64,000 nucleotides of DNA. Source: Candidatus Woesebacteria bacterium. Lineage in GTDB: Bacteria > Patescibacteriota > Microgenomatia > UBA1400 > PJMF01. A model generated the notes under the pieces. The model was given only the letters and a program-made list of their open reading frames with translations. It did not search any database and was not told the DNA's origin. A program made the translations under genes and the position numbers. The first letter of the stretch is position 1. The number at the start of each line of letters is the position of its first letter. The DNA is taken from contig JAGNLY010000001.1 in the NCBI GenBank assembly GCA_017999345.1, forward strand, positions 156,535-220,534, given 5' to 3'. This document shows positions 1 to 9,538 of the stretch, piece by piece.

Positions 1-2
1 AC

Positions 3-185
3 AGGCATGTCTTTGATAAGTTTTTCACAGCAGACAATAATTTCAGATCAAGTCAAAAAGGATCAGGGCTAGGTTTGTTTATTGCAAAATCATATATTGA
101 AAGGATTGATGGTAGTATCTCTTTTTCAAGCAGCGAAGACAAAAAAACTATCTTCATTGTTAGAATTCCAGTCACACAAAATTAA
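3..185 (+). CDS. Sensor histidine kinase, C-terminal fragment (5' end outside window)
   Basis: The frame open from the window edge translates ...VFDKFFTADNNFRSSQKGSGLGLFIAKSYIERIDGSISFSS...IVRIPVTQN*. This is the G2-box/ATP-lid end of an HATPase_c domain. Stop TAA at 183-185. It is absent from the ORF track because no start lies in the window. Confidence 0.8.
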   Translation, partial: RHVFDKFFTADNNFRSSQKGSGLGLFIAKSYIERIDGSISFSSSEDKKTIFIVRIPVTQN

Positions 186-1398
186 TAAAAAATTCTACGT
201 TTTTCTATTCTTTTTTAGTTTGCTCTTGTATTCGGCCACAATATTTAGAGTTAAGAGTATTCTTTGGGGAGATAGTTTGTATTATTTTGCTCACACTCAC
301 TCAATTATTGTTGATAAAGATTTTGATTTTACAAATGAAGCATTTAGGGAGGTTGACGGTTTTCCTAATAAACCTGAGTTTTCAAAAATAACTGGCAAGG
401 TGATCAATAAGTTTTCTCCAGGAAGTTCTATTCTATGGATTCCAGGATTTTTAATTGGATATATATTTTCTGGCGGTGATGGGTACGCTTTTGTTACTCA
501 ATATTTTGTAGCAATTTCTGCCATTATATTTTCAGTTGTTGGATTGTATTTTACAAATAACATACTTTTATTTTTTGTTAATGAAAAAATTTCTGCTCTT
601 ACAGTTGTCTTTCTATATTTAACAACGCAAATGTTTTACTACACTTCACTGGATCCACTTAATTCTCATTCAGCATCTTTTATGGTGTCAGCAATTTTTT
701 TCTACTATTTGATTTCTTTTTCAAAAAATAAATATTTATTTTTGGGTCAGATTTTTAGCTGGCAAAAAATGCTAATTTTAGGTTTACTTGGTGGATTAAT
801 GGCATTAATTAGAAACCAAGACTTAATAATATTATTGCCAACTTCAGTTCTATTTTTAATAAAAAATAAAAGAGGAATCATCGAAGCATTTAACAGGCTT
901 ATTTTATTTTGGGGTTCTATCTTTTTAGTGTTGAGCATACAACTATTTATAACTTTAGAATTATATGGTCAGCTGGGCAGTCCATATTTAATTGGTGGTG
1001 AAAAACTAAGTTGGTTTAGGCCAGATTTTTTCAGAGTTTTATTTAGTTTTGAAAATGGCTTATTTACCTTTGCTCCAATTTTGTTGATTTCATTTTTAGG
1101 ATTAATTTATCAAATTTATACGCAAAAAAATATCAGCATGAAACAACTTTTCATAGTTTCAATTTGTGCATTTTTGCTTCAACTTTATGTTATCGCCTCT
1201 TGGTCTAAAGAAATTATTGGAGGACCATATGGTTCTAGAATGTTTATTAGCGTTTTGCCATATTTATCAATAGGTTTGGCAAGTATTTTGGACAAATATC
1301 AGGACAAAAATATTTTCAAAATAGTCGTTATTACCACAATCATTATTTTATTTTCAAATAATCTGATTCAAACCGCGATAATGTTGATTAGGTTTTAA
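82..1398 (+). CDS. Polytopic membrane protein, candidate GT-C (ArnT/PMT-like) glycosyltransferase
   Basis: Long ORF with many hydrophobic segments. The early loop GDSLYYFAHTHSIIVDKDFDFTNE resembles the acidic first-loop motif of GT-C enzymes. The track start at 82 is TTG and overlaps the kinase stop at 185, so the true start is probably downstream (in-frame TTG at 154 or 220). Confidence 0.5.
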   Translation: MQNHILKGLMVVSLFQAAKTKKLSSLLEFQSHKINKKFYVFLFFFSLLLYSATIFRVKSILWGDSLYYFAHTHSIIVDKDFDFTNEAFREVDGFPNKPEFSKITGKVINKFSPGSSILWIPGFLIGYIFSGGDGYAFVTQYFVAISAIIFSVVGLYFTNNILLFFVNEKISALTVVFLYLTTQMFYYTSLDPLNSHSASFMVSAIFFYYLISFSKNKYLFLGQIFSWQKMLILGLLGGLMALIRNQDLIILLPTSVLFLIKNKRGIIEAFNRLILFWGSIFLVLSIQLFITLELYGQLGSPYLIGGEKLSWFRPDFFRVLFSFENGLFTFAPILLISFLGLIYQIYTQKNISMKQLFIVSICAFLLQLYVIASWSKEIIGGPYGSRMFISVLPYLSIGLASILDKYQDKNIFKIVVITTIIILFSNNLIQTAIMLIRF

Positions 1399-1404
1399 CT
1401 TAAT

Positions 1405-2406
1405 TTAAAAAGACAACCTGTCGAGCAATCTTCCTAGAGCAGTTGTATTTTCAATTTCAGTTTCAGTAACTTCGCCAGTATTGTCATTTAAGACAATCTG
1501 AGTATTTATATTCCTATCTATAAGGCCAAATAACTTAGTCTTTTTGGTAGCTTTTACTTTGTATTCTGTAGTGCCATCATCGTTAACTTCAATTTCCACT
1601 TCATCTTCATTAATATCTTCAACTCTATTCTCCATAATTCTTTCTATGGCTTGATCTGGAAGATGATTAAGTTCGTGGACTTCGCCATTTTCAGTGGTTA
1701 CGCTTAATAAACCAGTTTCTTGATCATATTCGAAGTCAGCATTTTTTAAAGTTGCACTAATACCTCTTGTTTCAAGCTCTAATTCTTGTTCGCCATCTTC
1801 TCTTTGTTTATTTCTAAGTTCAATTTTTTCTTCAACTCTTTGTTTTCTTTCTTCACGTAATTTTTCTGCCATTTCATTTTGAGCTTGATTTAATTTTTCT
1901 AGTTTTGTTTTTCTTGCCTCAATTTTCTTTTGTTGTTTTTCAGATTGTTTGGCAGGTAATTCAATTTTAAGTCTTTCTAATTCAGCACTTTCTACTTCAT
2001 TGAAACCAGATTCTTTTATTTTTAAATTTTGCTTATTTTTTTTAAGGTCGACTCTTATTTTGGAATCATTTTTTCCAACACGAATATTTCCATCTTCAAT
2101 TACTGTTGTTCTAATTATTTTTCTTTCGTCTGCTTCTTTTACTTCATTTTCTTTGTGTTCTACTTCGTTCTCGACCTCATTTTCTTTTTCATCCTCAGTT
2201 TCTTTTTCTTCTTCTTTTTGCTCTACTTCATTTTCACTTTCTTTTTCTTGTTCCTCTTCTTTTTCATCTCCAAGAACACTATCATTATAAAAATAGACAG
2301 TGCCATTGTCGGAAACTTTTAATTCAAGCGCAAATGCTTGGGGTATCATTGATGCAAAAAATATTACTAGTAAGAAAGCGTTTAATAAGTTTTTTTTCAT
2401 AATCAT
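1405..2406 (-). CDS. Secreted E/K-rich coiled-coil protein, unknown function
   Basis: N-terminal signal-peptide-like MKKNLLNAFLLVIFFASMIPQAFA, followed by long EKE/ENEVE low-complexity and charged helical sequence. Confidence 0.6.
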   Translation of the reverse strand: MIMKKNLLNAFLLVIFFASMIPQAFALELKVSDNGTVYFYNDSVLGDEKEEEQEKESENEVEQKEEEKETEDEKENEVENEVEHKENEVKEADERKIIRTTVIEDGNIRVGKNDSKIRVDLKKNKQNLKIKESGFNEVESAELERLKIELPAKQSEKQQKKIEARKTKLEKLNQAQNEMAEKLREERKQRVEEKIELRNKQREDGEQELELETRGISATLKNADFEYDQETGLLSVTTENGEVHELNHLPDQAIERIMENRVEDINEDEVEIEVNDDGTTEYKVKATKKTKLFGLIDRNINTQIVLNDNTGEVTETEIENTTALGRLLDRLSF

Positions 2407-2514
2407 TGAGTATAAATATTAATGAATTAAAGTATTGCAAATTTATTGTTATATTGCAAATTTTTCCAAGTACCTTATTGACTAAAATATAAAAATCATC
2501 TTCAATGGAAGTAT

Positions 2515-3402
2515 ATGAAAAATATTAACGAAACTCAAAAAGAAAATTCGAAGAATTGCTGTGGCTCAGACGAAGGATGTGGGCAGTGCATGAAAGGTGG
2601 GTTTCCGTTAAAAAAAGAATTTTTATCATTTCTCACCCTATTTTTAGTTGGAGCAGCAACAGTTTTGAGTGTTTTGTTAATTGATGCAAAAAGAGACTTA
2701 TTAGCCAATCAGCCAGAGGCCAGTTCTTCCGATGCTGATAAAGTGATGGCAAAAACTTATGAAATGCCAGCTATAAAGTCAATAAAAGAAGTTACAGATC
2801 TTCCAGCACCAAAACTCACCGGCAAACTTTCAGTTGAGGAAGCAATCCAAACAAGAAGAAGCAAAAGAGCTTTTTCAGATAAACCAGTAACTATGTCAGA
2901 ATTAGGTCAGATTTTATGGTCAGCACAGGGAATTACAGATGAAGCAGGACACAGAACTGCTCCTTCAGCTCGTGGTGTCTATCCTTACTCACTTTATGTT
3001 GTTGTTAGAAATGTAACAGGTCTAGAGTCTGGATTATATTTATACAATCAAGTTGATCATAGTCTTGGAAGTTTGGGCCTGGCAAATGCCGGAGAAATTT
3101 TAGCTTCCTCTGGAGTACAAGATAATTCTCAAAAAGCACCAGTTGTTGTCGCTATGGCAGCAGCTATGGCAAAAGCAGCGGTGAGTTTTCCAGATAATCC
3201 TGAAGAAGTAGCTTTCTTGGAAGGTGGACATATTGGTCAAAATATTTATTTACAAGCTGAATCATTAAAGATGGCAACAGTAGTTACCGCAGGATTTGAT
3301 GCAGCTAAAGTAGGTGAAATGTTGGGATTAGATAAAAATGAGGTAATAGTTTATTTAGTTCCATTTGGTCATATTGGCGAAGAAGTACCAGAAGAAAAAT
3401 AA
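2515..3402 (+). CDS. SagB/ThcOx-type nitroreductase-family protein with Cys-rich N-terminus and one TM segment
   Basis: RRSKRAFSDKPVTMSELGQILWSAQG...RTAPSARGVYPYSLYVV...GLYLYN matches the SagB-type nitroreductase pattern. The N-terminus carries NCCGSDEGCGQC followed by a hydrophobic helix FLSFLTLFLVGAATVLSVLLI. Confidence 0.7.
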   Translation: MKNINETQKENSKNCCGSDEGCGQCMKGGFPLKKEFLSFLTLFLVGAATVLSVLLIDAKRDLLANQPEASSSDADKVMAKTYEMPAIKSIKEVTDLPAPKLTGKLSVEEAIQTRRSKRAFSDKPVTMSELGQILWSAQGITDEAGHRTAPSARGVYPYSLYVVVRNVTGLESGLYLYNQVDHSLGSLGLANAGEILASSGVQDNSQKAPVVVAMAAAMAKAAVSFPDNPEEVAFLEGGHIGQNIYLQAESLKMATVVTAGFDAAKVGEMLGLDKNEVIVYLVPFGHIGEEVPEEK

Positions 3403-3452
3403 AATTATTAGACACTGCCATAATTTTCTTATGGTCTAGAGGAATTATATAA

Positions 3453-4184
3453 ATGAAAAAATCAATAATATTTGTTGTTTTAATTTTAACTGTTTTTGTG
3501 TTCTCACTAAGTCTCAGTTCTAGCGTTGGCAGAGTATTCGCAGCTGAGTCAGTGCCAGTTTTAACTACAAAAGTTTTTAGTGTGGAAGAACTGGCTAAGT
3601 ACAACGGTAAAGATGGCAGCAAAGCTTACACTTCATACAAGGGCTCAGTTTATGACGTAACTGATAGTACCTTGTGGAAACTTGGTGAACATTTTGGCTT
3701 AATGGCCGGTATCGATCTAACTGACAAAATGAAAGAGGCTCCTCATGGAGAAGAGGTCTTTAAAGGATTTAAAATCATAGGGACTTTAGAGGGATATGAT
3801 GATGCGGCAAATGTAGTTGTGAAAGAAGAAGCGGTTGAGATTGCTAATGATTCAATTGCTGATAATGATGATGAGGTGCAAGAAGTTTCTAAAGGTGCTT
3901 GGTATGAGAAAAGAATTAAAATTGGTAGTTTTTCTATTTTAGGTTGGACTGGAATAATTTTAGCGGTATTTTTTGTGCTTACATTTGCCAGCTGCTTTGC
4001 TTTGCCATGGGCAAAATTACCACTTCCTTGGAAAGGTTCTAAGATTGGCCCAGATTTACTAGATGGAGCAGCAAAGCATCTAACATGGAGCTCAGTTCAT
4101 AAACATTTTGTTTGGGTGACCGTGGTCATTGGCATTATCCATGGAATAATTGGATTTTTACAAATGATGGGCATATATTTGTGA
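3453..4184 (+). CDS. Cytochrome b5-like heme/steroid-binding domain protein with signal peptide and His-containing C-terminal TM helices
   Basis: Signal-like N-terminus. FSVEELAKYNGKDGSKAYTSYKGSVYDVTDSTLWKLGEHFGLMAGIDLTDKMKEAPHG matches the bacterial b5-like (COG4892-type) domain. The C-terminus has two hydrophobic segments containing several His residues. Confidence 0.65.
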   Translation: MKKSIIFVVLILTVFVFSLSLSSSVGRVFAAESVPVLTTKVFSVEELAKYNGKDGSKAYTSYKGSVYDVTDSTLWKLGEHFGLMAGIDLTDKMKEAPHGEEVFKGFKIIGTLEGYDDAANVVVKEEAVEIANDSIADNDDEVQEVSKGAWYEKRIKIGSFSILGWTGIILAVFFVLTFASCFALPWAKLPLPWKGSKIGPDLLDGAAKHLTWSSVHKHFVWVTVVIGIIHGIIGFLQMMGIYL

Positions 4185-4222
4185 TAAAAAAATTACTTGG
4201 AAAATTTTTCTTAGGTTTATCA

Positions 4223-6409
4223 ATGACTAAGGTAATTGAGACAGATCTCGATTACTCAAATTTGGATACTATGTTTTATCCAAATTCAGTAGCTATTATT
4301 GGTGCTTCAAATGATGAGAAAAAGCTGGGTTCAATTGTTTTAAAAAACATCATTGATTCTGGGTTTAAAGGTGACATTTTTCCTCTTAACCTCAAAGAAA
4401 GTTCAATTTTGGGTTTAAAGGTTTATAAAGATTATCATAATTTGCCAATCACACCTGATTTAGCAATGATTGCGATTCCGTCTGAATTTATTTTAGAAGT
4501 TTTAGATAAAATTATTAAAAAAGGCACTAAGAATGTTGTAATTTTTAGTGCAGGCTTCAAGGAAGCCGGCGAACAAGGCGCAGCTTTGGAAGAACAACTA
4601 TTGAATATTGTTTCTAAAAATAAAATTAATTTACTTGGACCAAATTGTTTGGGATTTGTAAATAATTTAAAACCAATAAATGCTACCTTTGGTAAGGTAG
4701 CTAATATCAAAGGAAATTTAAGATTTCTTTCTCAATCAGGAGCGATCGCTTCTAGCGTTTTTGATTGGGCTCAGGATAGTGAAATTGGTTTTAGTGAGTT
4801 TGTGACTTTGGGTAACAAAACCAATCTAAATGAAAATCATATTTTGAGATATTTTTTAGAGCATGACAGTTTGTCAGAAAATCAAGAACAAGGAGTTTCA
4901 GGATTAGCACCAATTGGAATGTACTTGGAATCAATTATCGATGGCAATGAATTTATACATGTATCAAGAGAAATTTCAAAGAAAAATCCAATTTTTGTTT
5001 TAAAACCTGGAAAATCTAACGAGTCCAAAGAGGCCATGAAATCTCACACTGGATCAATCGCGGGCGAAGATTATATTTTTGAGGTGGCATTAAAAAAGGC
5101 TGGAATTATTCGTTGTGATGGTATTGAAGATTTTTTTGATTTGGCAAAAGTTTTTTCGTGGGAGAAAGTACCAACAGGCAAAAACATAGCAATAGTTTCT
5201 AATGCAGGTGGTCCAGCGGTGTTGAGCTCTGATTTTATAGCTCAAGAAGGTTTAAAACTTGTCCGTTTTGATCAGACAACACGTAATGAATTGGAGTCTC
5301 ATCTTCCAAGAGCCTCCAGTATTCTTAATCCCGTTGATGTATTGGGAGATGCTTTGGCTCAAAGATATGAATCAGCAATTAAAACACTTATAACAGATAA
5401 AGACGTTGATTCGTTACTAGTAATTCTTACACCACAGGTCATGACTCAAATTGAGGCAACAGCTGAAATCATCGGCCGTTTATCTTTCCAGTATGGAAAA
5501 CCAATTTTTTGTTCATTTATGGGTGGCAGTGATATTTCTAAAGGAGAAAAAATCTTAAATAAATTTAGAATTCCTTCATTTAGATTTCCTGAAAGAGCAG
5601 TTAGAGCTATTGCTAAGATGTCACTTTGGGATGAGTATAAAAAGTCACTAAATAGCATCTCTCTTGATAATCAAGGTAATGTTTTGTTTAACAAGAAAAT
5701 TAATAATTTTGAACCATCACCAGAATCAAAACAAATATTGGCTAATGTTATAAATTCAAATAGAAAAAATTTAGAAAGCTTTGAATCAAATCAAATGCTT
5801 AAACTATTTGATATCAAAACTCCTGTTACGGCAAAATGTAAAAGTTTGGATGATGCCAAAATTTTCGTGAAGGCTAATAATTTCCCAGTTGTTTTGAAAA
5901 TATCATCACCAACTATGTTGCACAAAAGTGATGATGGAGGTGTTGTCGTGGGAATTAGCAGTGATGAAGAATTAACAAAATCATTTGAAAAATTGCAAAA
6001 AATAATTAATGAGATGGGAAATACAGAATTTAATTCAATTCAAATCCAGCAACAAGTTTCAAAAGGTATTGAGTTAATTATTGGTTCTAAAAAAGATTCG
6101 GTTTTTGGAAATGTTTTAATGTTTGGGGCCGGTGGTGTATTAGCAAATTTAATCGAAGATAGAAACCTTGGTCTTATGCCACTCAGCAAAGCTGAAATAA
6201 TTAAGTTAATCAAACTTTCAAAAGCAAATAAACTAATCGATGGATACAGAGGTGATAAAAGTTATGATATTGATGGTTTGGTTGATTTAATTATTAAATT
6301 TCAAAATATGATTTTATCTAATCCAGAAATTTTGGAGTCAGACATAAATCCAGTTATATTAAATGATTCTGGAATTTGGGCAGTTGATGGTAAAATAATC
6401 TTAACATGA
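4223..6409 (+). CDS. Acetate--CoA ligase (ADP-forming), fused alpha/beta (ACD type)
   Basis: CoA-binding N-terminus (FYPNSVAIIGASNDEKKLGS), a succinyl-CoA-synthetase-like ligase domain with the phosphohistidine segment (MKSHTGSIAG), and a C-terminal ATP-grasp. The track start at 4112 overlaps the upstream gene; ATG 4223 (MTKVIETD) or GTG 4181 is more likely. Confidence 0.85.
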   Translation: MTKVIETDLDYSNLDTMFYPNSVAIIGASNDEKKLGSIVLKNIIDSGFKGDIFPLNLKESSILGLKVYKDYHNLPITPDLAMIAIPSEFILEVLDKIIKKGTKNVVIFSAGFKEAGEQGAALEEQLLNIVSKNKINLLGPNCLGFVNNLKPINATFGKVANIKGNLRFLSQSGAIASSVFDWAQDSEIGFSEFVTLGNKTNLNENHILRYFLEHDSLSENQEQGVSGLAPIGMYLESIIDGNEFIHVSREISKKNPIFVLKPGKSNESKEAMKSHTGSIAGEDYIFEVALKKAGIIRCDGIEDFFDLAKVFSWEKVPTGKNIAIVSNAGGPAVLSSDFIAQEGLKLVRFDQTTRNELESHLPRASSILNPVDVLGDALAQRYESAIKTLITDKDVDSLLVILTPQVMTQIEATAEIIGRLSFQYGKPIFCSFMGGSDISKGEKILNKFRIPSFRFPERAVRAIAKMSLWDEYKKSLNSISLDNQGNVLFNKKINNFEPSPESKQILANVINSNRKNLESFESNQMLKLFDIKTPVTAKCKSLDDAKIFVKANNFPVVLKISSPTMLHKSDDGGVVVGISSDEELTKSFEKLQKIINEMGNTEFNSIQIQQQVSKGIELIIGSKKDSVFGNVLMFGAGGVLANLIEDRNLGLMPLSKAEIIKLIKLSKANKLIDGYRGDKSYDIDGLVDLIIKFQNMILSNPEILESDINPVILNDSGIWAVDGKIILT

Positions 6410-6879
6410 CAAATACTTCAGAACTTCCAATCCACATAATTTATGCATCAACATCTGGCAATACCGAGTATGTTATGGACATGGTTGCTCAGTTATGGAG
6501 AGAAAAAGGAAAAAAAGTAATCCTCCATCGCTCAGAAAAAACTGATATCAGTGTGGTCAAAGATAATCATAATTTTTTATTAGCTACCTCTACCTGGGAT
6601 CATGGCACAATTAATCCTTTTTTTGATGTTTTACTTGCTAAAATTAATAAAACAAATCTAACGGGCAAGAAGTCTGCTTTTATTGGTTTGGGTGACCGCA
6701 GATATGAAAAACACTTTTTTTGTAGCGGTATGACTTTGCTTAAAGAGGTTTGGGAGAAAAATGGTGGTGAATCGACAGGAGTTGCTTTGACAATCGGTAG
6801 AGAACCTTATGACGATGCCATTGCCAAACTTGTTTCAGATTGGGCAGAAACAACACTTAGGTTATTTGATGAAAATTAA
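6406..6879 (+). CDS. Flavodoxin
   Basis: The N-terminal IIYASTSGNTEYV matches the flavodoxin FMN phosphate-binding loop. Length is 157 aa. The start overlaps the ACD stop (ATGA). Confidence 0.8.
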   Translation: MTNTSELPIHIIYASTSGNTEYVMDMVAQLWREKGKKVILHRSEKTDISVVKDNHNFLLATSTWDHGTINPFFDVLLAKINKTNLTGKKSAFIGLGDRRYEKHFFCSGMTLLKEVWEKNGGESTGVALTIGREPYDDAIAKLVSDWAETTLRLFDEN

Positions 6880-6896
6880 TATTTAGGTTTTTGATT

Positions 6897-8636
6897 ATGA
6901 CATTTAAAAATCGTTTTGTAATAAAAGCTGTTGGTGAATCTGGTCAAGGAGTTAATTCTGTTGGTGAGGCATTAGCCAAAGCGCTCAAAGACGGTGGTCA
7001 CTACATCTTTGGCTATAGAGAATATCCATCCTTAATTAAAGGTGGTTATGGTAGCTATCAAATTGATATTTCTAATCAAGAAATAAAATCATCATCAAAA
7101 GAGTGTGATGTCTTGATGTGCCTAGACAGGGTTGCTTTTGGCAAATATTTACCTTCTGTAAGAGAAAATGGTTCTGTGATTCATAACGTTGTTAAAATGG
7201 CTTTAAGTCCTGAGCAACAAAAGTTTGTGAACGATAAAAATATCAAAATTGAATTTATTCCAGCCAAGGATATCGCAGTTGAAATTGGTGGTAAAAAAAT
7301 AATGTCTAATACTGTTATGTTGGGAGCAATGTGGCAGATGTTAGATTTAGATCTTGATGAACTTAAAGAAAATATCAAAGTAATATTTGCAAGAAAACCA
7401 GAAGTTATTGAATCAAACATTAAATGTTTAGAAGCTGGTTATGAATTTGATTTATCAAATTTGAGTAAAGCAAAATTGAAGATCAGAGAGCATAAAAATT
7501 TTAAGGATGACCTACTTCTTAGCGGCAACCACGCAATTAGTTTGGGTGCAATCGCTGCTGGAGTAAGAGTGTTTTATGCATACCCAATGACGCCAAGTAG
7601 TTCGATTCTTAGTTATTTATCAAGTGTTTGCCACAAAACTGGCATGATCGTAAAGCAAATAGAAGACGAAATTTCAGTTGCAAATATGGCTGTTGGATCA
7701 ATGTTTATGGGAGCTAGAACGATGATTGCTACTTCAGGTGGTGGTTTTGATTTAATGACTGAGGCTGTCTCGCTTGTGGGAATAACTGAAACGCCATTTG
7801 TTTGTGTTTTAGCACAGCGCCCGGGTCCAGCAACAGGTTTGCCTACTTGGACCGCTGCTTCCGACCTGAATGTGGCAGTTTATGGAGGTCATGGTGAATA
7901 TGCTAGGTGCGTTATTGCAGCTCATGATATTGCTTCATGTTACTCAATTACTCAAGAAGCATTTAACATTGCCGAAAAATATCAAATTCCCGTCATTATT
8001 TTGACTGAAAAACAAATTGCTGAATCAATTTTTCAAGTTGATAAGATGCCAAAAGACCTCCCAATTGAAAGAGGAATTTTGTCAGGCGATGAACTAGAAG
8101 GAATTACATCTTCTGATAGATTTAAGATCACTGAAACAGGAGTTTCTCCAAGATGGTTGCCTGGAAGTTGTGATGTGGTGTATGACGCAAATAGCGATGA
8201 GCATTTGCCTGATGGATCAATCACTGAGGATGCAGAAGAATCAAAGCAAATGTATGACAAGAGAATTAGAAAAGAGCAATATCTTTTGGAAAATTTACCA
8301 GAGCCGGTGGTTTACGGAAGCGATCATCCTGATATCTCATTTGTTGGTTGGGGAAGTGTTAAAAATACAGTTTTAGATTTAATCAATTCAGAAATGACTG
8401 ATAAAAAAATAGCTTATTTGCATTATGAGTATGTTTACCCAATCAAGACAAAAGTGTTCAAAGAATTTGCAAAAAAAGCTAAAAAACTAGTCTTGATAGA
8501 AAATAATGCCACTGGTCAGCTAGGCAATCTAATCACTATCAATACTGGAGTTATGTTTGAACATAAACTGTTAAAAATGGATGGTAGACCATTTTTTATC
8601 GAAGATATTATTGATTATATAGAAGGTGAAAAATAA
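6897..8636 (+). CDS. 2-oxoacid:ferredoxin/flavodoxin oxidoreductase, fused gamma-alpha subunit
   Basis: The gamma-like N-terminus (VIKAVGESGQGVNSVGEALAKA) is followed by the alpha catalytic domain (YPMTPSS, GGGFDLM). The track start at 6891 is TTG; ATG 6897 is preferred. Confidence 0.85.
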   Translation: MTFKNRFVIKAVGESGQGVNSVGEALAKALKDGGHYIFGYREYPSLIKGGYGSYQIDISNQEIKSSSKECDVLMCLDRVAFGKYLPSVRENGSVIHNVVKMALSPEQQKFVNDKNIKIEFIPAKDIAVEIGGKKIMSNTVMLGAMWQMLDLDLDELKENIKVIFARKPEVIESNIKCLEAGYEFDLSNLSKAKLKIREHKNFKDDLLLSGNHAISLGAIAAGVRVFYAYPMTPSSSILSYLSSVCHKTGMIVKQIEDEISVANMAVGSMFMGARTMIATSGGGFDLMTEAVSLVGITETPFVCVLAQRPGPATGLPTWTAASDLNVAVYGGHGEYARCVIAAHDIASCYSITQEAFNIAEKYQIPVIILTEKQIAESIFQVDKMPKDLPIERGILSGDELEGITSSDRFKITETGVSPRWLPGSCDVVYDANSDEHLPDGSITEDAEESKQMYDKRIRKEQYLLENLPEPVVYGSDHPDISFVGWGSVKNTVLDLINSEMTDKKIAYLHYEYVYPIKTKVFKEFAKKAKKLVLIENNATGQLGNLITINTGVMFEHKLLKMDGRPFFIEDIIDYIEGEK

Positions 8637-8637
8637 T

Positions 8638-9537
8638 ATGAGTTGCTCAAGTTGTGATTCAAATCATCAGCCATCGACAATGAGGGATTTTGTTTCCAAA
8701 AACCTATTTACATGGTGTACTAATTGTGGCAATTACGGAATTCATATTGCGCTAAGAAGAGCTTTGGTTGCCAAGGAAATCCCAGCCTGTAGTACGCTCA
8801 CCTGTTTTGATATAGGTTGTAACGGCAATGGTTCAGACAAAATAGGTGGTTACAACATTCATGGATTGCACGGCAGAGTGATTCCTTTGGCAGTAGGCGC
8901 TGAAATGGCTAATAGAAAAATTACTGTAATTGCTTTTGGCGGTGATGGAGGAACTCTGGGAGAGGGTATTGGCCATTTAGTTCACGCGGTAAGAGGAAAT
9001 TATAATATTACATTTGTTTTACATAATAACTTGAATTATGGATTAACCAAAGGTCAGGCATCTGTAACCACAAAGAAGAATATGAAGATGGACTCTACTC
9101 CTGATGGAACTACTTCTGAGCTTTTGCATCCAGCAAACTTTGTTTTATCACTAGAATCAACATTTGTTGCTAGGAGTTTTTCTGGAGACGTAAAACACAT
9201 GACAAAAGTATTTGAAGCTGCAATAGAACACAAGGGTTTTAGTTTTGTTGAAATTATGCAAAGTTGCCCAACTTACAATAAAGAAACTCCTCATGAGTGG
9301 TATATGGATAGGGTTTACGACGTAGAAGGTTTGTCAGATTTTGATAATTCAAATAGAGAGCAAGCTCTGAAAATTGCACAGGATCAAGAAGAAAATATTG
9401 CAGTTGGAGTTCTTTATCAAGACAAGTCGAGCGTGCCACAAATTGATAGACAATTAAATCGTGTTGGTATTCAAACTGATGTTTATGAAGAAACAAAACA
9501 GTACGATATTTCAAACCTACTTGAAAAATTTAGGTAG
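8638..9537 (+). CDS. 2-oxoacid:ferredoxin/flavodoxin oxidoreductase, beta (TPP-binding) subunit
   Basis: WCTNCGNYGI and FGGDGGTLGEG...NNLNYGLTKGQ match the TPP-binding beta subunit. ATG 8638 lies just after the alpha stop; GTG 8626 is the alternative start. Confidence 0.85.
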   Translation: MSCSSCDSNHQPSTMRDFVSKNLFTWCTNCGNYGIHIALRRALVAKEIPACSTLTCFDIGCNGNGSDKIGGYNIHGLHGRVIPLAVGAEMANRKITVIAFGGDGGTLGEGIGHLVHAVRGNYNITFVLHNNLNYGLTKGQASVTTKKNMKMDSTPDGTTSELLHPANFVLSLESTFVARSFSGDVKHMTKVFEAAIEHKGFSFVEIMQSCPTYNKETPHEWYMDRVYDVEGLSDFDNSNREQALKIAQDQEENIAVGVLYQDKSSVPQIDRQLNRVGIQTDVYEETKQYDISNLLEKFR

Positions 9538-9538
9538 T

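Noticed and set aside
1949-2322. Plus-strand ORFs and apparent tandem repeats in 1.9-2.3 kb (checked for a CRISPR-like or satellite array)
   Set aside because: They mirror the E/K-rich low-complexity coding sequence of the minus-strand secreted protein. The repeats are irregular codon-level repeats, not spacer/repeat units.
4112-4222. Track start of the ACD gene at 4112
   Set aside because: It overlaps the last 73 nt of the b5-like gene and translates to W/H-rich junk. ATG 4223 or GTG 4181 fits better.
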